A stretch of 64,000 nt of DNA from Rhodospirillaceae bacterium (GCA_016792585.1 JAEULB010000165.1:4337-68336); one strand, 5' to 3'; shown: positions 25,571 through 34,659, numbered from the stretch's first letter. Numbers and translations are program-made. Notes: generated from the letters alone by a model not told the origin.

Positions 25571-27598
25571 ATGCGGGTCGTCGAAAAGCTGCCGCAGTCC
25601 ATTCGCGTCGTCGAGAACATCTTCATCCCCCTGAAAGACGGTTCCAAGGTGGCGGCCAAGCTCTGGATCCCCGAGGACGCCGAGAAGAACCCGGTGCCGG
25701 TGGTGATGGAGTACATCCCCTACCGCAAGCGGGACTTCACTTCCCGCCGCGATGCCCAGACCCATGCCTACCTCGCCGGCCACGGCTATGCCTCGATCCG
25801 GGTCGACTGCCGGGGCGGCGGCGACTCCGACGGCATCATGTACGACGAGTACCTGAAGCAGGAGATCGAGGACGGCGGCGAGGTGATCGGCTGGCTCGCC
25901 AAGCAGCCCTGGTCGACTGGCAAGGTCGGCATGTTCGGCGGCTCCTGGGGCGGCTTCAACTCGCTCCAGGTGGCGGCGATCCGCCCGCCGGCGCTGAAAG
26001 CCATCATCACGGTCGTCTCGACCGACGACCGCTACGCCGACGACATGCACTACATGGGCGGCGCGGTGCTGAACGACATGCTCTCCTGGGGCCAGCAGTT
26101 CTTCACCCAGCGTGGACGGCCGCCCGATCCCGAGATCGTCGGCGAGCGCTGGCGCGAGATGTGGAAGTTGCGCCTCGACGCGATACATCCGCAGATCGCC
26201 GACTGGATGACGCACCAGCGGCGCGACGGCTTCTGGAAGCACGGCTCGATCTGCGAGAACTACGCGGATATCCAGTGCGCGGTCTATGCAATCGGCGGTT
26301 GGGTCGACGGCTATTCGAATGCCGTGTTCCGGATGATGAAGGGGCTGACCTGCCCGAAGAAGGCGCTGGTCGGGCCCTGGGGCCACGGCCGCCCGCACTT
26401 CGCTTATCCGGGGCCGATGATCGGCTACCTGCAGGAGCAACTCCGCTGGTGGGACCATTGGCTGAAGGGCAAGGACACCGGCATCATGACGGAGCCGGCG
26501 TTCAAGGCCTGGATGCAGGACAGCATCGAGCCGAAGTCGTTCTACGACGTCCGCCCCGGCCGCTGGATCGCGGAGCCGGCATGGCCGACGCCGAACGTGA
26601 CCGACCGTCGCTATGCGCTGGGCCAGGGCACGCTGTCCGAGGGGGCGGCGCAGGCGGGGCCGGTTCTCTCGATCCGTTCGCCGGAGACCGTCGGGATCGC
26701 CGGCGGCGAGTGGTGCCCGTTCGGCCTGGGCGGCGTTGGTCCCGAACTGCCCCTCGATCAGCGGATGGACGACGGCGGCTCGCTCGTCTTCGATTCCGGC
26801 CCGCTCAAGGAGAAGCTGGAAGTCCTGGGCGCGCCGGTTGCCGAGCTCACGCTCTCCTCCGACAAGCCGCGGGCCAACCTGATCGTGCGCCTGTCGGACA
26901 TCAGGCCGGACGGCTCGGTGCTCCGCGTCACCTATGGCGTGCTGAATCTGACTCATCGCGAGAGTCATGAGGAGCCGACCGCGCTCGAGCCGGGCAAGAG
27001 CTACAAGATCCGCCTGCCGCTCAACGAGATCGCGCATGTGTTCCCGGCCGGCCATCGATTGAGGATCGCGATCTCGACCGCCTATTGGCCGATCCTGTTT
27101 CCGTCGCCGGATCGGGCGACCCTCTCGATCGCGAGCGGGATCAGCAGCGTGACGCTGCCGGTGCGGCCGCCGCGGTCGGAGGACGCGAGGGTGCCGGACT
27201 TCCAGCCGGTCGAAGGTGCACCATTGCTCCCGGCGGAGACGCTGAGGCCGGCGGCGGTCGTCCGCACGCTCAGGCACGACGTCGGGTCGGGCAAGATCGA
27301 GTACCGGATCGACCGCGACGACGGCCGCCTGAAGCTCTCGCACAGCAGCACCTGCATCGAGACCGTCAAGGCCAACATCTACCGCATCAAGGACGACGAT
27401 CCGCTGGCGGCGGAGTCCACGGTGACGGTCAGCTACAAGATGGAGCGGTCTGGCTGGAACATCGAGATCCGGACCGCGGTGACGCTGACCGGCAGCGCCA
27501 CCCATTTCCGCTTGGTTACCGATTTCGACGCGTTCGAGGATGGTGTGCGCGTCTATAGCCGGACCTGGGACAGCCCCATCGCCCGGGATCTCGTCTGA
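25571..27598 (+). CDS. CocE/NonD family hydrolase, copy C
   Basis: ORF 25514..27598. ATG 25571 gives MRVVEKLPQSIRVVENIFIPLKDGSKVAAKLWIPEDAEKNPVPVVMEYIPYRKRD. Nucleophile elbow GGSWGG. Confidence 0.85.
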   Translation: MRVVEKLPQSIRVVENIFIPLKDGSKVAAKLWIPEDAEKNPVPVVMEYIPYRKRDFTSRRDAQTHAYLAGHGYASIRVDCRGGGDSDGIMYDEYLKQEIEDGGEVIGWLAKQPWSTGKVGMFGGSWGGFNSLQVAAIRPPALKAIITVVSTDDRYADDMHYMGGAVLNDMLSWGQQFFTQRGRPPDPEIVGERWREMWKLRLDAIHPQIADWMTHQRRDGFWKHGSICENYADIQCAVYAIGGWVDGYSNAVFRMMKGLTCPKKALVGPWGHGRPHFAYPGPMIGYLQEQLRWWDHWLKGKDTGIMTEPAFKAWMQDSIEPKSFYDVRPGRWIAEPAWPTPNVTDRRYALGQGTLSEGAAQAGPVLSIRSPETVGIAGGEWCPFGLGGVGPELPLDQRMDDGGSLVFDSGPLKEKLEVLGAPVAELTLSSDKPRANLIVRLSDIRPDGSVLRVTYGVLNLTHRESHEEPTALEPGKSYKIRLPLNEIAHVFPAGHRLRIAISTAYWPILFPSPDRATLSIASGISSVTLPVRPPRSEDARVPDFQPVEGAPLLPAETLRPAAVVRTLRHDVGSGKIEYRIDRDDGRLKLSHSSTCIETVKANIYRIKDDDPLAAESTVTVSYKMERSGWNIEIRTAVTLTGSATHFRLVTDFDAFEDGVRVYSRTWDSPIARDLV

Positions 27599-28542
27599 TG
27601 CTGCTCTATGCCATGAAGCGCCTGGGTCTGATGACCGCGATCGTTGCGGTCGCAATGACGATCCTGTTCACGATGATCCATCTGGTGCCTGGCGATCCCG
27701 CCTCGATCGCGCTGGGTCCGCGCGCGACCCCGGCGATGGTTCAGGATTTCCGCGAGCGCATGGGTCTCGACCAGCCGGTGGCGGTACAGCTATTGCGCTT
27801 CTTCGGCAACGTGCTCAGCGGCAACATGGGCGTCGACGTCTGGACGCAGAAGAGCGTCGCGGTGATCGTGTTCAACGAGCTTCCGTACACGGTCGTCCTG
27901 GCGCTGGCCGGGCTCGGCTGGGCGGTGGTCCTCGGCATTCCGCTGGGATGCTACTCGGCCGTCCGCCGCGGCACCTGGCTCGACCGGTTTACCGGAGTCT
28001 TCTCGGTCGCGGCGATCGCGGTGCCGTCCTTCGTGATAGCGATCTACCTGTTGCTGGTCTTCGCCGTCTGGCTTCGCTGGTTCCCGGCGATCGGCGCCGG
28101 CCCGTCCGACGATCCGCTCCGCCAGGCATGGCATCTGGTGCTCCCGGCCTTCGCCATCGGGCTCGGCTGGGTGGGGTTCCTCGCGCGTCTCGTCCGCGCC
28201 TCGATGCTCGAGATCATGGGGGAGAACCACATCCGGACGGCCAGGGCCTTCGGCCTCTCGCCGCGGAAGATCATCTATCGATATGCGCTGAAGCTGGCGA
28301 TCCTGCCGACCGTGGCGCTGCTGGGCGTCGGCATGGGACGCCTCCTATCGGGCGCCGTATTCGCCGAGATCGTGTTCAACCGTCCCGGCGTCGGCCGACT
28401 CGTGTTCGAGTCGGTCAACAGCCGGAACTATCCGATCGTCATGGGGGCGGTGATGGTCACGACCGTGCTGTTCGCGGTCTCGACCTTGCTCTCCGACCTG
28501 GCAGCGGCCGCGTTGGATCCGCGGACACGCGACAAGCTCTAG
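27598..28542 (+). CDS. ABC transporter permease (DppB/OppB-like), solitary
   Basis: 314 aa. MLLYAMKRLGLMTAIVAVAMTILFTMIHLVPGDP. ATGA overlap with CocE copy C. No other ABC component on this strand nearby. Confidence 0.9.
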   Translation: MLLYAMKRLGLMTAIVAVAMTILFTMIHLVPGDPASIALGPRATPAMVQDFRERMGLDQPVAVQLLRFFGNVLSGNMGVDVWTQKSVAVIVFNELPYTVVLALAGLGWAVVLGIPLGCYSAVRRGTWLDRFTGVFSVAAIAVPSFVIAIYLLLVFAVWLRWFPAIGAGPSDDPLRQAWHLVLPAFAIGLGWVGFLARLVRASMLEIMGENHIRTARAFGLSPRKIIYRYALKLAILPTVALLGVGMGRLLSGAVFAEIVFNRPGVGRLVFESVNSRNYPIVMGAVMVTTVLFAVSTLLSDLAAAALDPRTRDKL

Positions 28543-28901
28543 CCGCCGTACGGCGAGCGGCACAGGATGCGTTCACCCGCGTAGTATCCCTGATAGGTGT
28601 TGTCGTAGGCGTTGTAGCCGGGCGTGTTCGCCGCGCACCAGTCAGTATGCGGGGAACGCGTGTACACCGGCGCCGGAGCGACATAGGCCGGAGCCGGAGC
28701 ATAATAGACAGGCGGCGGCGGGGCCGGGTTGGAGATGGCGGCACCGAGCGCCAAGCCGCCGAGCAGGCCGATCGCGGCAGCGCCGGCGGCGTTGTTGCCT
28801 CCGTGGTGGTGGTGGCGCTGGGCGAACGCCGGTGCAGCCGTACCGAGCGCTGCGACGGTGGCGAGCGCGGCAACGCCAAGGCGGATAGCATTCGCTTTCA
28901 T
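28539..28901 (-). CDS. BA14K-family secreted protein
   Basis: 120 aa. Signal peptide, HHHH tract, Pro-rich linker, and a C-terminal HTDWCAANTPGYNAYDNTYQGYYAGERILCRSPY that resembles the BA14K domain (W-C...Y...D.T(F/Y)Q...G....C). Confidence 0.8.
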   Translation of the reverse strand: MKANAIRLGVAALATVAALGTAAPAFAQRHHHHGGNNAAGAAAIGLLGGLALGAAISNPAPPPPVYYAPAPAYVAPAPVYTRSPHTDWCAANTPGYNAYDNTYQGYYAGERILCRSPYGG

Positions 28902-28944
28902 GTCGGCTCCTTTTCCCCCGAGTGCAACTCGATCGATAAGGAGA

Positions 28945-28970
28945 AACGCCGACTTGGCGAGGAGGTTTCC
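28945..28970 (-). promoter_or_regulatory. Near-consensus EcfG-type promoter (GAAAC-N16-CGTT, or GGAAA-N17-CGTT) upstream of BA14K
   Basis: The minus strand reads GGGGAAACCTCCTCGCCAAGTCGGCGTT. One mismatch in the -35 box. The -10 lies about 44 nt upstream of ATG 28901; SD AAGGAG. Confidence 0.3.
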
Positions 28971-29018
28971 CCCTCGGCCTAGGTCTCCTGTGACATCCTT
29001 GGGCGTACCGGTGCCCGG

Positions 29019-30194
29019 CTACCGCGCCAGCCGTTCAAGCTTCCGCTCGGCCAGCCGGACGAAGAGGCTGGCGCCCAGCGGCAGGATCTCGTCGTTGAAG
29101 TCGTAGGCCGGGTTGTGGACCGCGCAGCCCCCCACGCCTTCGCCGTTGCCGATCATCATGTAGGCGCCGGGGCGGACGTTGAGCATGTAGGAGAAGTCCT
29201 CCGATGCCATGATCAGCGGCCCGTCACGGTTCACGTTCGCCTCGCCGACGAGCTCGGCGGCGGTGTCGGCGATGAAGGCGGTCTCCGCGTCGTCGTTGAC
29301 GGTCGGAAGGAAGATCAGGCGGAAGTCGAGCTGGGCGGTTGCGCCGAAGCCGGCGGCGACGCTCTCCGACAGGCGCCGCATGTTGGCCTCGATCAGCTTC
29401 AGGGTATCCATCGAGAAGGCACGGGCCGTGCCTTTGATCACCGCTTCCTGCGGGATCACGTTGTAGGCGTCGCCGCCGTGGATCTGCGTGATGCTGAGCA
29501 CGGCGGTGTCCGACGGCCTGACGTTGCGCGAGACGATCGACTGGAGCGCCGTGACGATATGGCTTGCGACCAGCACCGGATCGATGCCCGTTTCCGGCTT
29601 GGCGCCGTGGGCGCCCTTGCCGGTGACGGTGACGTCGAAGAACGCGCCGCCCGCCATCATGCCGCCGGGGCGGATCGCGAACTTGCCGACGGCGAGGCCT
29701 GGCCAGTTGTGCATGCCGAAGATCGAGTCGCAGGGAAAGCGCTCGAACAGCCCGTCCTCGATCATCGCCTTGCCGCCGCCGAGGCCTTCCTCGGCCGGCT
29801 GGAAGATGAAGTTGACGGTGCCGTCGAAGTTCTTGGTCTTGGCGAGGTGCTGGGCCGCGCCGAGCAGCATCGTCGTATGCCCGTCATGGCCGCAGGCATG
29901 CATGCGCCCGGAATTCCGCGAACGATAGGCGAAGGTGTTCGCCTCCTGGATCGGCAGCGCGTCCATGTCGGCGCGAAGCCCGATGGACCGGGTCGAGTTG
30001 CCGACCTGCAGACGGCCGACAACGCCGGTCTTGCCGACGCCGCGATGGACCTCGCAGCCGAAGGACTTGAGCTTCTCCGCGACCAGATCGGAGGTCCGCT
30101 GCTCCTCGAACCCCAGCTCGGGATGGGCATGGATGTCCTGGCGCCAGGTCGTCATCTCGGCATGAGCCTGCTTCAGGCGTTCGGTGACGTTCAT
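29019..30194 (-). CDS. M20-family amidohydrolase (hippurate hydrolase / N-acyl-L-amino-acid amidohydrolase-like)
   Basis: 391 aa. WRQDIHAHPELGFEEQRTS...MHACGHDGHT is the M20D signature. Confidence 0.9.
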   Translation of the reverse strand: MNVTERLKQAHAEMTTWRQDIHAHPELGFEEQRTSDLVAEKLKSFGCEVHRGVGKTGVVGRLQVGNSTRSIGLRADMDALPIQEANTFAYRSRNSGRMHACGHDGHTTMLLGAAQHLAKTKNFDGTVNFIFQPAEEGLGGGKAMIEDGLFERFPCDSIFGMHNWPGLAVGKFAIRPGGMMAGGAFFDVTVTGKGAHGAKPETGIDPVLVASHIVTALQSIVSRNVRPSDTAVLSITQIHGGDAYNVIPQEAVIKGTARAFSMDTLKLIEANMRRLSESVAAGFGATAQLDFRLIFLPTVNDDAETAFIADTAAELVGEANVNRDGPLIMASEDFSYMLNVRPGAYMMIGNGEGVGGCAVHNPAYDFNDEILPLGASLFVRLAERKLERLAR

Positions 30195-30210
30195 CGGCTA
30201 TCCTCGGAGC

Positions 30211-31188
30211 TCAGACCAGCGGGAAGTGGCAGCGTACCTCACGGCCGTCTCCGAGCGGAATCGGGCCTGGCGGCTCGATGCGGCAGCGCGCCTGGGCATG
30301 GACGCAGCGGGTGTGGAACTCGCAGCCCGGGGGCCGCCGCCGGAGGCTCGGAATCTCGCCCTTGAGCTCGAGCTGGTCGCGGCGCTTGTCCGGATCGGGC
30401 TGAGGCACCGCTGCAAGCAACGCCTGGGTATAGGGATGCGCCGGCTTGGCGAAGATGCTTCGGGTCGATCCCTGCTCGACCAGGCGGCCGAGATACATGA
30501 TCGCCAAGCGGTCGCTGACATGCCGGATCACCGGCAGGTTGTGAGTGACGATCAGGTAGCTGAGCCCGAACTGCCGCTGCAGCTCGTTCATCAGGTTCAG
30601 GATCTCGCCCTGCACCGAGACGTCGAGGCCGGCGGTCGGCTCGTCGGCGAGGATCATCTTCGGCTTGAGCGCCAACGTCCTGGCGACGCCGACGCGCCGC
30701 GCCTGGCCGCCCGACAGCTGGTGCGCATAGGCTGTGAGAAAACCTTGATGCAGTCCCACGATGGAGAGGAGGCGCCGGGCCTCGGCCTCGGTATCGACGC
30801 CGCGGATACCGTGGATATGGAACGGCTCGGCCAGGAGGTTGCGCACGTTCTTGCGCGGGCTGAGCGAGGCGACCGGATCCTGGAACATCATCCCGAGCTC
30901 GCGGCGGACGGCGCGATACTCGGACTCCTTGAGGCCGACCAGCTCGCGGCCGGCGACGTTGATGCTGCCGGAATGGACCGGTACCAAGCCGAGGACCGCA
31001 CGGGCGAGGGTGGTCTTGCCGGATCCGCTCTCGCCGACCAGGCCCAGCGTCTCGCCCCGGCGCACCTTGAGCGACACGTCGAGGACGGCGTCGATGTAGG
31101 GATCGGCGATGCGATCGATCAGCGCGCGGACGAAGCCCACCGTACGGAAGCGGACGCGCAGCCCCTGGATCGCGAGAAGGTCAGTCAT
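30211..31188 (-). CDS. Peptide-type ABC transporter ATP-binding protein (DppF/OppF-like)
   Basis: Walker A GESGSGKTT, signature LSGGQARRVGVARTL, and a C-terminal oligopeptide-type extension containing Cys residues. Confidence 0.9.
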   Translation of the reverse strand: MTDLLAIQGLRVRFRTVGFVRALIDRIADPYIDAVLDVSLKVRRGETLGLVGESGSGKTTLARAVLGLVPVHSGSINVAGRELVGLKESEYRAVRRELGMMFQDPVASLSPRKNVRNLLAEPFHIHGIRGVDTEAEARRLLSIVGLHQGFLTAYAHQLSGGQARRVGVARTLALKPKMILADEPTAGLDVSVQGEILNLMNELQRQFGLSYLIVTHNLPVIRHVSDRLAIMYLGRLVEQGSTRSIFAKPAHPYTQALLAAVPQPDPDKRRDQLELKGEIPSLRRRPPGCEFHTRCVHAQARCRIEPPGPIPLGDGREVRCHFPLV

Positions 31189-32149
31189 CGGCGTGGAGGA
31201 AGCAGCGCACGTGGTGGCCGTCGGCGATCGTGTAGGTGGGCGGCGCCTCGGCGCGGCAACGCTCGAAGACGCTCGGGCAACGGTCGGCGAAGATGCAGCC
31301 GCGGGGAAGCCGTGCGAGGTCCGGCACCGTGCCGCCGATGGTCGGAAGTGTCCGTTCTTCAGACTCGATGCGCGCGGGATCGCAGGTCAGCAGGAGCTGC
31401 GTGTAGGGATGCGACGGCGCATGGAAAAGGCGCCTGATATCGGCATGCTCGACCACCTCGCCGGCATACATGACCACGACTTCGTCGCAGATCTCCGCGA
31501 TCAGGCCGAGATTGTGCGAGACGAACAGGATCGCGCCGTCGAACTCGGCACGAAGCTGCTTGATCAGGTGGATGATCTGGGCTTCCAGCGTCACGTCTAG
31601 GGCGGTGGTCGGCTCGTCGGCGATCAGCAGCGACGGATTGACGAGGAGCGCCATCGCGATCGCGATGCGCTGGCGCATGCCGCCGGAGAAGCGGTGCGGG
31701 TAGTCCTCGATCCTCTGCTCGGGATCGGCGATGCCGACGCGGGCAAGCCAGGAGATCGCCTTCTTGAGCTTGTCGGCGCGCGTGCCCGAATCGCGATGCT
31801 GGATGTCGATCATCTGGGTCGCGATCGACATCACGGGGTTGAGCGAGGTCATCGGATCCTGGAAGACCATCGCCAGCTGTCGGCCGCGGATGTCGCGCCA
31901 AGCCTCTTCGGACAGCCCCTGGAGCTCCTTGCCCTCGAAGGCGATCGAGCCGGAGGTGACGCGGGCATTGCCGGCAAGCAGCCCCATCACCGCCGAGACC
32001 AAGGTCGACTTGCCGCAGCCGCTCTCCCCGACGATCCCGACGATGCGGCCCGGCCGGACGGCGAGGTCGACCTTGCGGAGCGCCTTGACCTGGCCGCGCG
32101 GCGTCGAGAACTCGACGCTCAGGTCCCTTATGTCGAGAAGCGGCTCCAC
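31181..32149 (-). CDS. Peptide-type ABC transporter ATP-binding protein (DppD/OppD-like)
   Basis: Walker [10 protein letters not shown], signature [15 protein letters not shown]. 8-nt overlap with the downstream ATPase gene. Confidence 0.9.
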   Translation of the reverse strand: MEPLLDIRDLSVEFSTPRGQVKALRKVDLAVRPGRIVGIVGESGCGKSTLVSAVMGLLAGNARVTSGSIAFEGKELQGLSEEAWRDIRGRQLAMVFQDPMTSLNPVMSIATQMIDIQHRDSGTRADKLKKAISWLARVGIADPEQRIEDYPHRFSGGMRQRIAIAMALLVNPSLLIADEPTTALDVTLEAQIIHLIKQLRAEFDGAILFVSHNLGLIAEICDEVVVMYAGEVVEHADIRRLFHAPSHPYTQLLLTCDPARIESEERTLPTIGGTVPDLARLPRGCIFADRCPSVFERCRAEAPPTYTIADGHHVRCFLHADD

Positions 32150-33030
32150 TAGTGCCGGTTGAGCTTGGGATCGAAGGCGTCGCGCAACGCCTCGCCGAGG
32201 AAGGTGAATCCCAGCGTCGTCAGGATCAGCGGCAGTCCCCCGGCGATCACCAGCCAGGGCGTGTCGCGGATGTACTGGTAGCCGTCCTGGAGGATCGATC
32301 CCCAGGTCGGCGTCGGCGGCCGCACGCCTAACCCTAGGAAGGAGAGGCCGGCCTCGATCGTGATCACCACCGGGATCTCCATGCTGGCGAGGATCAGGAG
32401 CGGCCCGATCACGTTCGGCAGTATATGCGAGAAGAGGATGCGGACAGGACCGGCGCCGAGGGCGCGCTCGGCCAGGACGAACTCGGTCTCCTTCATCGAC
32501 AGCGTCTGGATGCGGACGATGCGGCCATAGACCGGGATCGATGCGACGACGATGACCGTGATGATCGTCGGGATGCTGGGCCCGAGAAGGGTCACCATCG
32601 CGAGTGCGAACATGATGGTCGGGAAGGAGCGGACCGCGTCGAAGACCAGGACCAGCAGGTTATCCAGCCAGCGCGGACCGTAGCCGGCGAGCATGCCGAG
32701 GATCAGGCCGCCAATCAGGGACAGGGATACGGCGGTCAGCGATACCCAGAGCGCGATGCGCCCGCCATAGATCACCCGACTGTAGACGTCGCGGCCTAGC
32801 TGGTCGGTGCCGAGCCAGTGCTCGGCGCTGGGGTCCAGCATCCGCTGGCGCGGCGCCATGCGGAACGGGTCGTGGGTGGCCAGGAAGTCGGCCCCCAGGG
32901 CGCTGATCACGAGCAACACGACGATGATGAACCCCATCGTCCCGAGGGGATCGGCAAAAAGCCGACGGGATACGGTGCGCCAGGCCCGTTCGGTCGGCGG
33001 CGGGGCGGTGGAAGCGATCTGAGCGGTCAT
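32149..33030 (-). CDS. ABC transporter permease (DppC/OppC-like)
   Basis: ORF 32149..33045 (TTG). ATG 33030 preferred. SRRLFADPLGTMGFIIVVLL is a DppC-type N-terminus. Confidence 0.85.
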   Translation of the reverse strand: MTAQIASTAPPPTERAWRTVSRRLFADPLGTMGFIIVVLLVISALGADFLATHDPFRMAPRQRMLDPSAEHWLGTDQLGRDVYSRVIYGGRIALWVSLTAVSLSLIGGLILGMLAGYGPRWLDNLLVLVFDAVRSFPTIMFALAMVTLLGPSIPTIITVIVVASIPVYGRIVRIQTLSMKETEFVLAERALGAGPVRILFSHILPNVIGPLLILASMEIPVVITIEAGLSFLGLGVRPPTPTWGSILQDGYQYIRDTPWLVIAGGLPLILTTLGFTFLGEALRDAFDPKLNRH

Positions 33031-33093
33031 CGCGTGAACGGCCAACCGCCACCCTCAGGCGAGGGCGACGGCCGGCCGGTTGGTTCCGCAGCT

Positions 33094-34659
33094 CTAAGCC
33101 GGCTTGAAGCGGTTCCAGAACTGACGCTGGGCGTCTGGAGAGAGCGCCGGTGCCACCGTGTCGCGATGGACCAAGGCGTTCACGCCGTGGGTCAGGAACA
33201 CGTAGGCGCCCGATGCTTCCATCAGGTCCTGCATGCGCCGGTAGCCCTCGTCGCGCTTCTTCTCGTCCAGCTCGCTGGTCAGCGACTGATGCAGCTTGTC
33301 GAACTCGGGATTGCTGAAGCGCTCCCAGTTCCATTCGCCGATCTGCTCGGTGACGAACCACGCGGTCGCCCAGGACGGATCGGGTTGCATCGAGAACCGG
33401 ACGATGTGCAGGCCCATTTCCTTCCACTTGCCGCCTTTGTCGCCGGCCAGGGCCTTCTGCGCGCCGGTGTCGAAGGTGCGCACGTCGGCCTGGATGCCGA
33501 TGTTAGCGAGGCTCGCCGCGACCGCCTGGGCGGCATTGACGAACTCGGCCGAGTTGCGGACGCCGATGTCGGTCTTGAAGCCGTTCGGGAAGCCCGCGGC
33601 CGCGAGCAGCTGCTTGGCCTTGGCCACGTCCGGCTTCTCGATCTGGTTCTTCGGGCGATGGCCGATCAGGCCCGGCGCGATGATGCCGGTCGAGCGGGTG
33701 GCGACACCGAAGAACGCCGCATCGAGCACCATGTCGACGTCGAGGCCGTACTGCACGGCCTGGCGGACACGGATGTCCTTGAAGGGACCATCCTCCATCT
33801 GCATGCCGAGCCACCAGTAGGCCAGCGACGGCTTCACCACGAGCTTGGACTTGGCCGGCATCTTCTTCTGCAGGCGCGCGACCGACGCGATCGGTAGATG
33901 CGTCATGTCGAGTTCGCCGGCCTCGTAGGCGATCTCGGCAGCGTTGGCGTCGAGGACCACGATGTAGTGGATCTCGTCGTAGGCCGGGCGCTCGCCCTTC
34001 CAGTCGGGATTGCGCTCGAGCACGATGAGGCGGCGCGGCTCCATCGTCTTGATGCGATAGGGGCCGGAGTAGGCGAGCGGATCGGTCGTGATCTTGGTGA
34101 TCCCCTTGGATTCCATCGCCTTCTTGGGCAGCACCAGGCCCGAGCCCGCCGGCAGCGTCGACAGCCACAGCGGCATGAACGGCGCCTTCAGATGGATGAT
34201 GCCGGAGTGCGTACCGGTGATCTCGACGCGGTCGAGCTTCTCCCAATCGGTCCGGTAGGCCATCTTGTTGTCGGGATTGGCGATGCGCTCGTAAGAGAAC
34301 TTGACGTCCTCTGCGGTGATCTCGCCGAAGCCGCCGCTCCACATCACGCCCTTCTTCATCTCGAAGCGGATGCGGGTCGGGGTCTCCTGGACGACCTCGG
34401 TCGCGAGCTGCTTTTCCCAGTTCCAGGATTCGCCCGGAACGACCGAGATCAGGCCCTGCCAGACCGAGCGCATGATGTTGTCGTCGACGGTGCCGAGCCG
34501 CCAGCCCGGATCGATCGTCTCAATCGCCTGGTCGCAACGCGACTTCAGGATCTTGAGCCCGCCCTGGGCGACAACCTCGGTGCCGGGAATGGTCGCGACC
34601 AGTCCTGCACCCGCGGCCGTCTTGAGGAAGTTCCTGCGAGAGAATGCATCGAATGCCAT
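33094..34659 (-). CDS. ABC transporter substrate-binding protein, peptide/nickel family, Tat-type signal
   Basis: ORF 33094..34803. ATG 34659 gives MAFDAFSRRNFLKTAAGAGLVATIPG (twin-arginine motif). Confidence 0.9.
   Translation of the reverse strand: MAFDAFSRRNFLKTAAGAGLVATIPGTEVVAQGGLKILKSRCDQAIETIDPGWRLGTVDDNIMRSVWQGLISVVPGESWNWEKQLATEVVQETPTRIRFEMKKGVMWSGGFGEITAEDVKFSYERIANPDNKMAYRTDWEKLDRVEITGTHSGIIHLKAPFMPLWLSTLPAGSGLVLPKKAMESKGITKITTDPLAYSGPYRIKTMEPRRLIVLERNPDWKGERPAYDEIHYIVVLDANAAEIAYEAGELDMTHLPIASVARLQKKMPAKSKLVVKPSLAYWWLGMQMEDGPFKDIRVRQAVQYGLDVDMVLDAAFFGVATRSTGIIAPGLIGHRPKNQIEKPDVAKAKQLLAAAGFPNGFKTDIGVRNSAEFVNAAQAVAASLANIGIQADVRTFDTGAQKALAGDKGGKWKEMGLHIVRFSMQPDPSWATAWFVTEQIGEWNWERFSNPEFDKLHQSLTSELDEKKRDEGYRRMQDLMEASGAYVFLTHGVNALVHRDTVAPALSPDAQRQFWNRFKPA

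Larger units (their letters stand above)
23471..27598. repeat. Diverged inverted duplication: CocE/NonD copies B and C lie head-to-head, mirror-symmetric about position ~25529
   Basis: The starts (25489 and 25571) are equidistant from 25530. The antisense shadow ORFs 25047..25271(+) and 25786..26010(-) are mirror images and share MMMAFSAGGR...MPSESP... Confidence 0.6.

Noticed and set aside
23471-27655. 1394-aa ORF on the minus strand, the longest in the track
   Set aside because: Only the C-terminal 672 aa (from MTVIVKSF..., ATG at 25489) look like a protein (CocE/NonD). The N-terminal half is an Arg/Asp/His-rich antisense shadow of the plus-strand CocE/NonD gene 25571-27598, which happens to be open and in frame.
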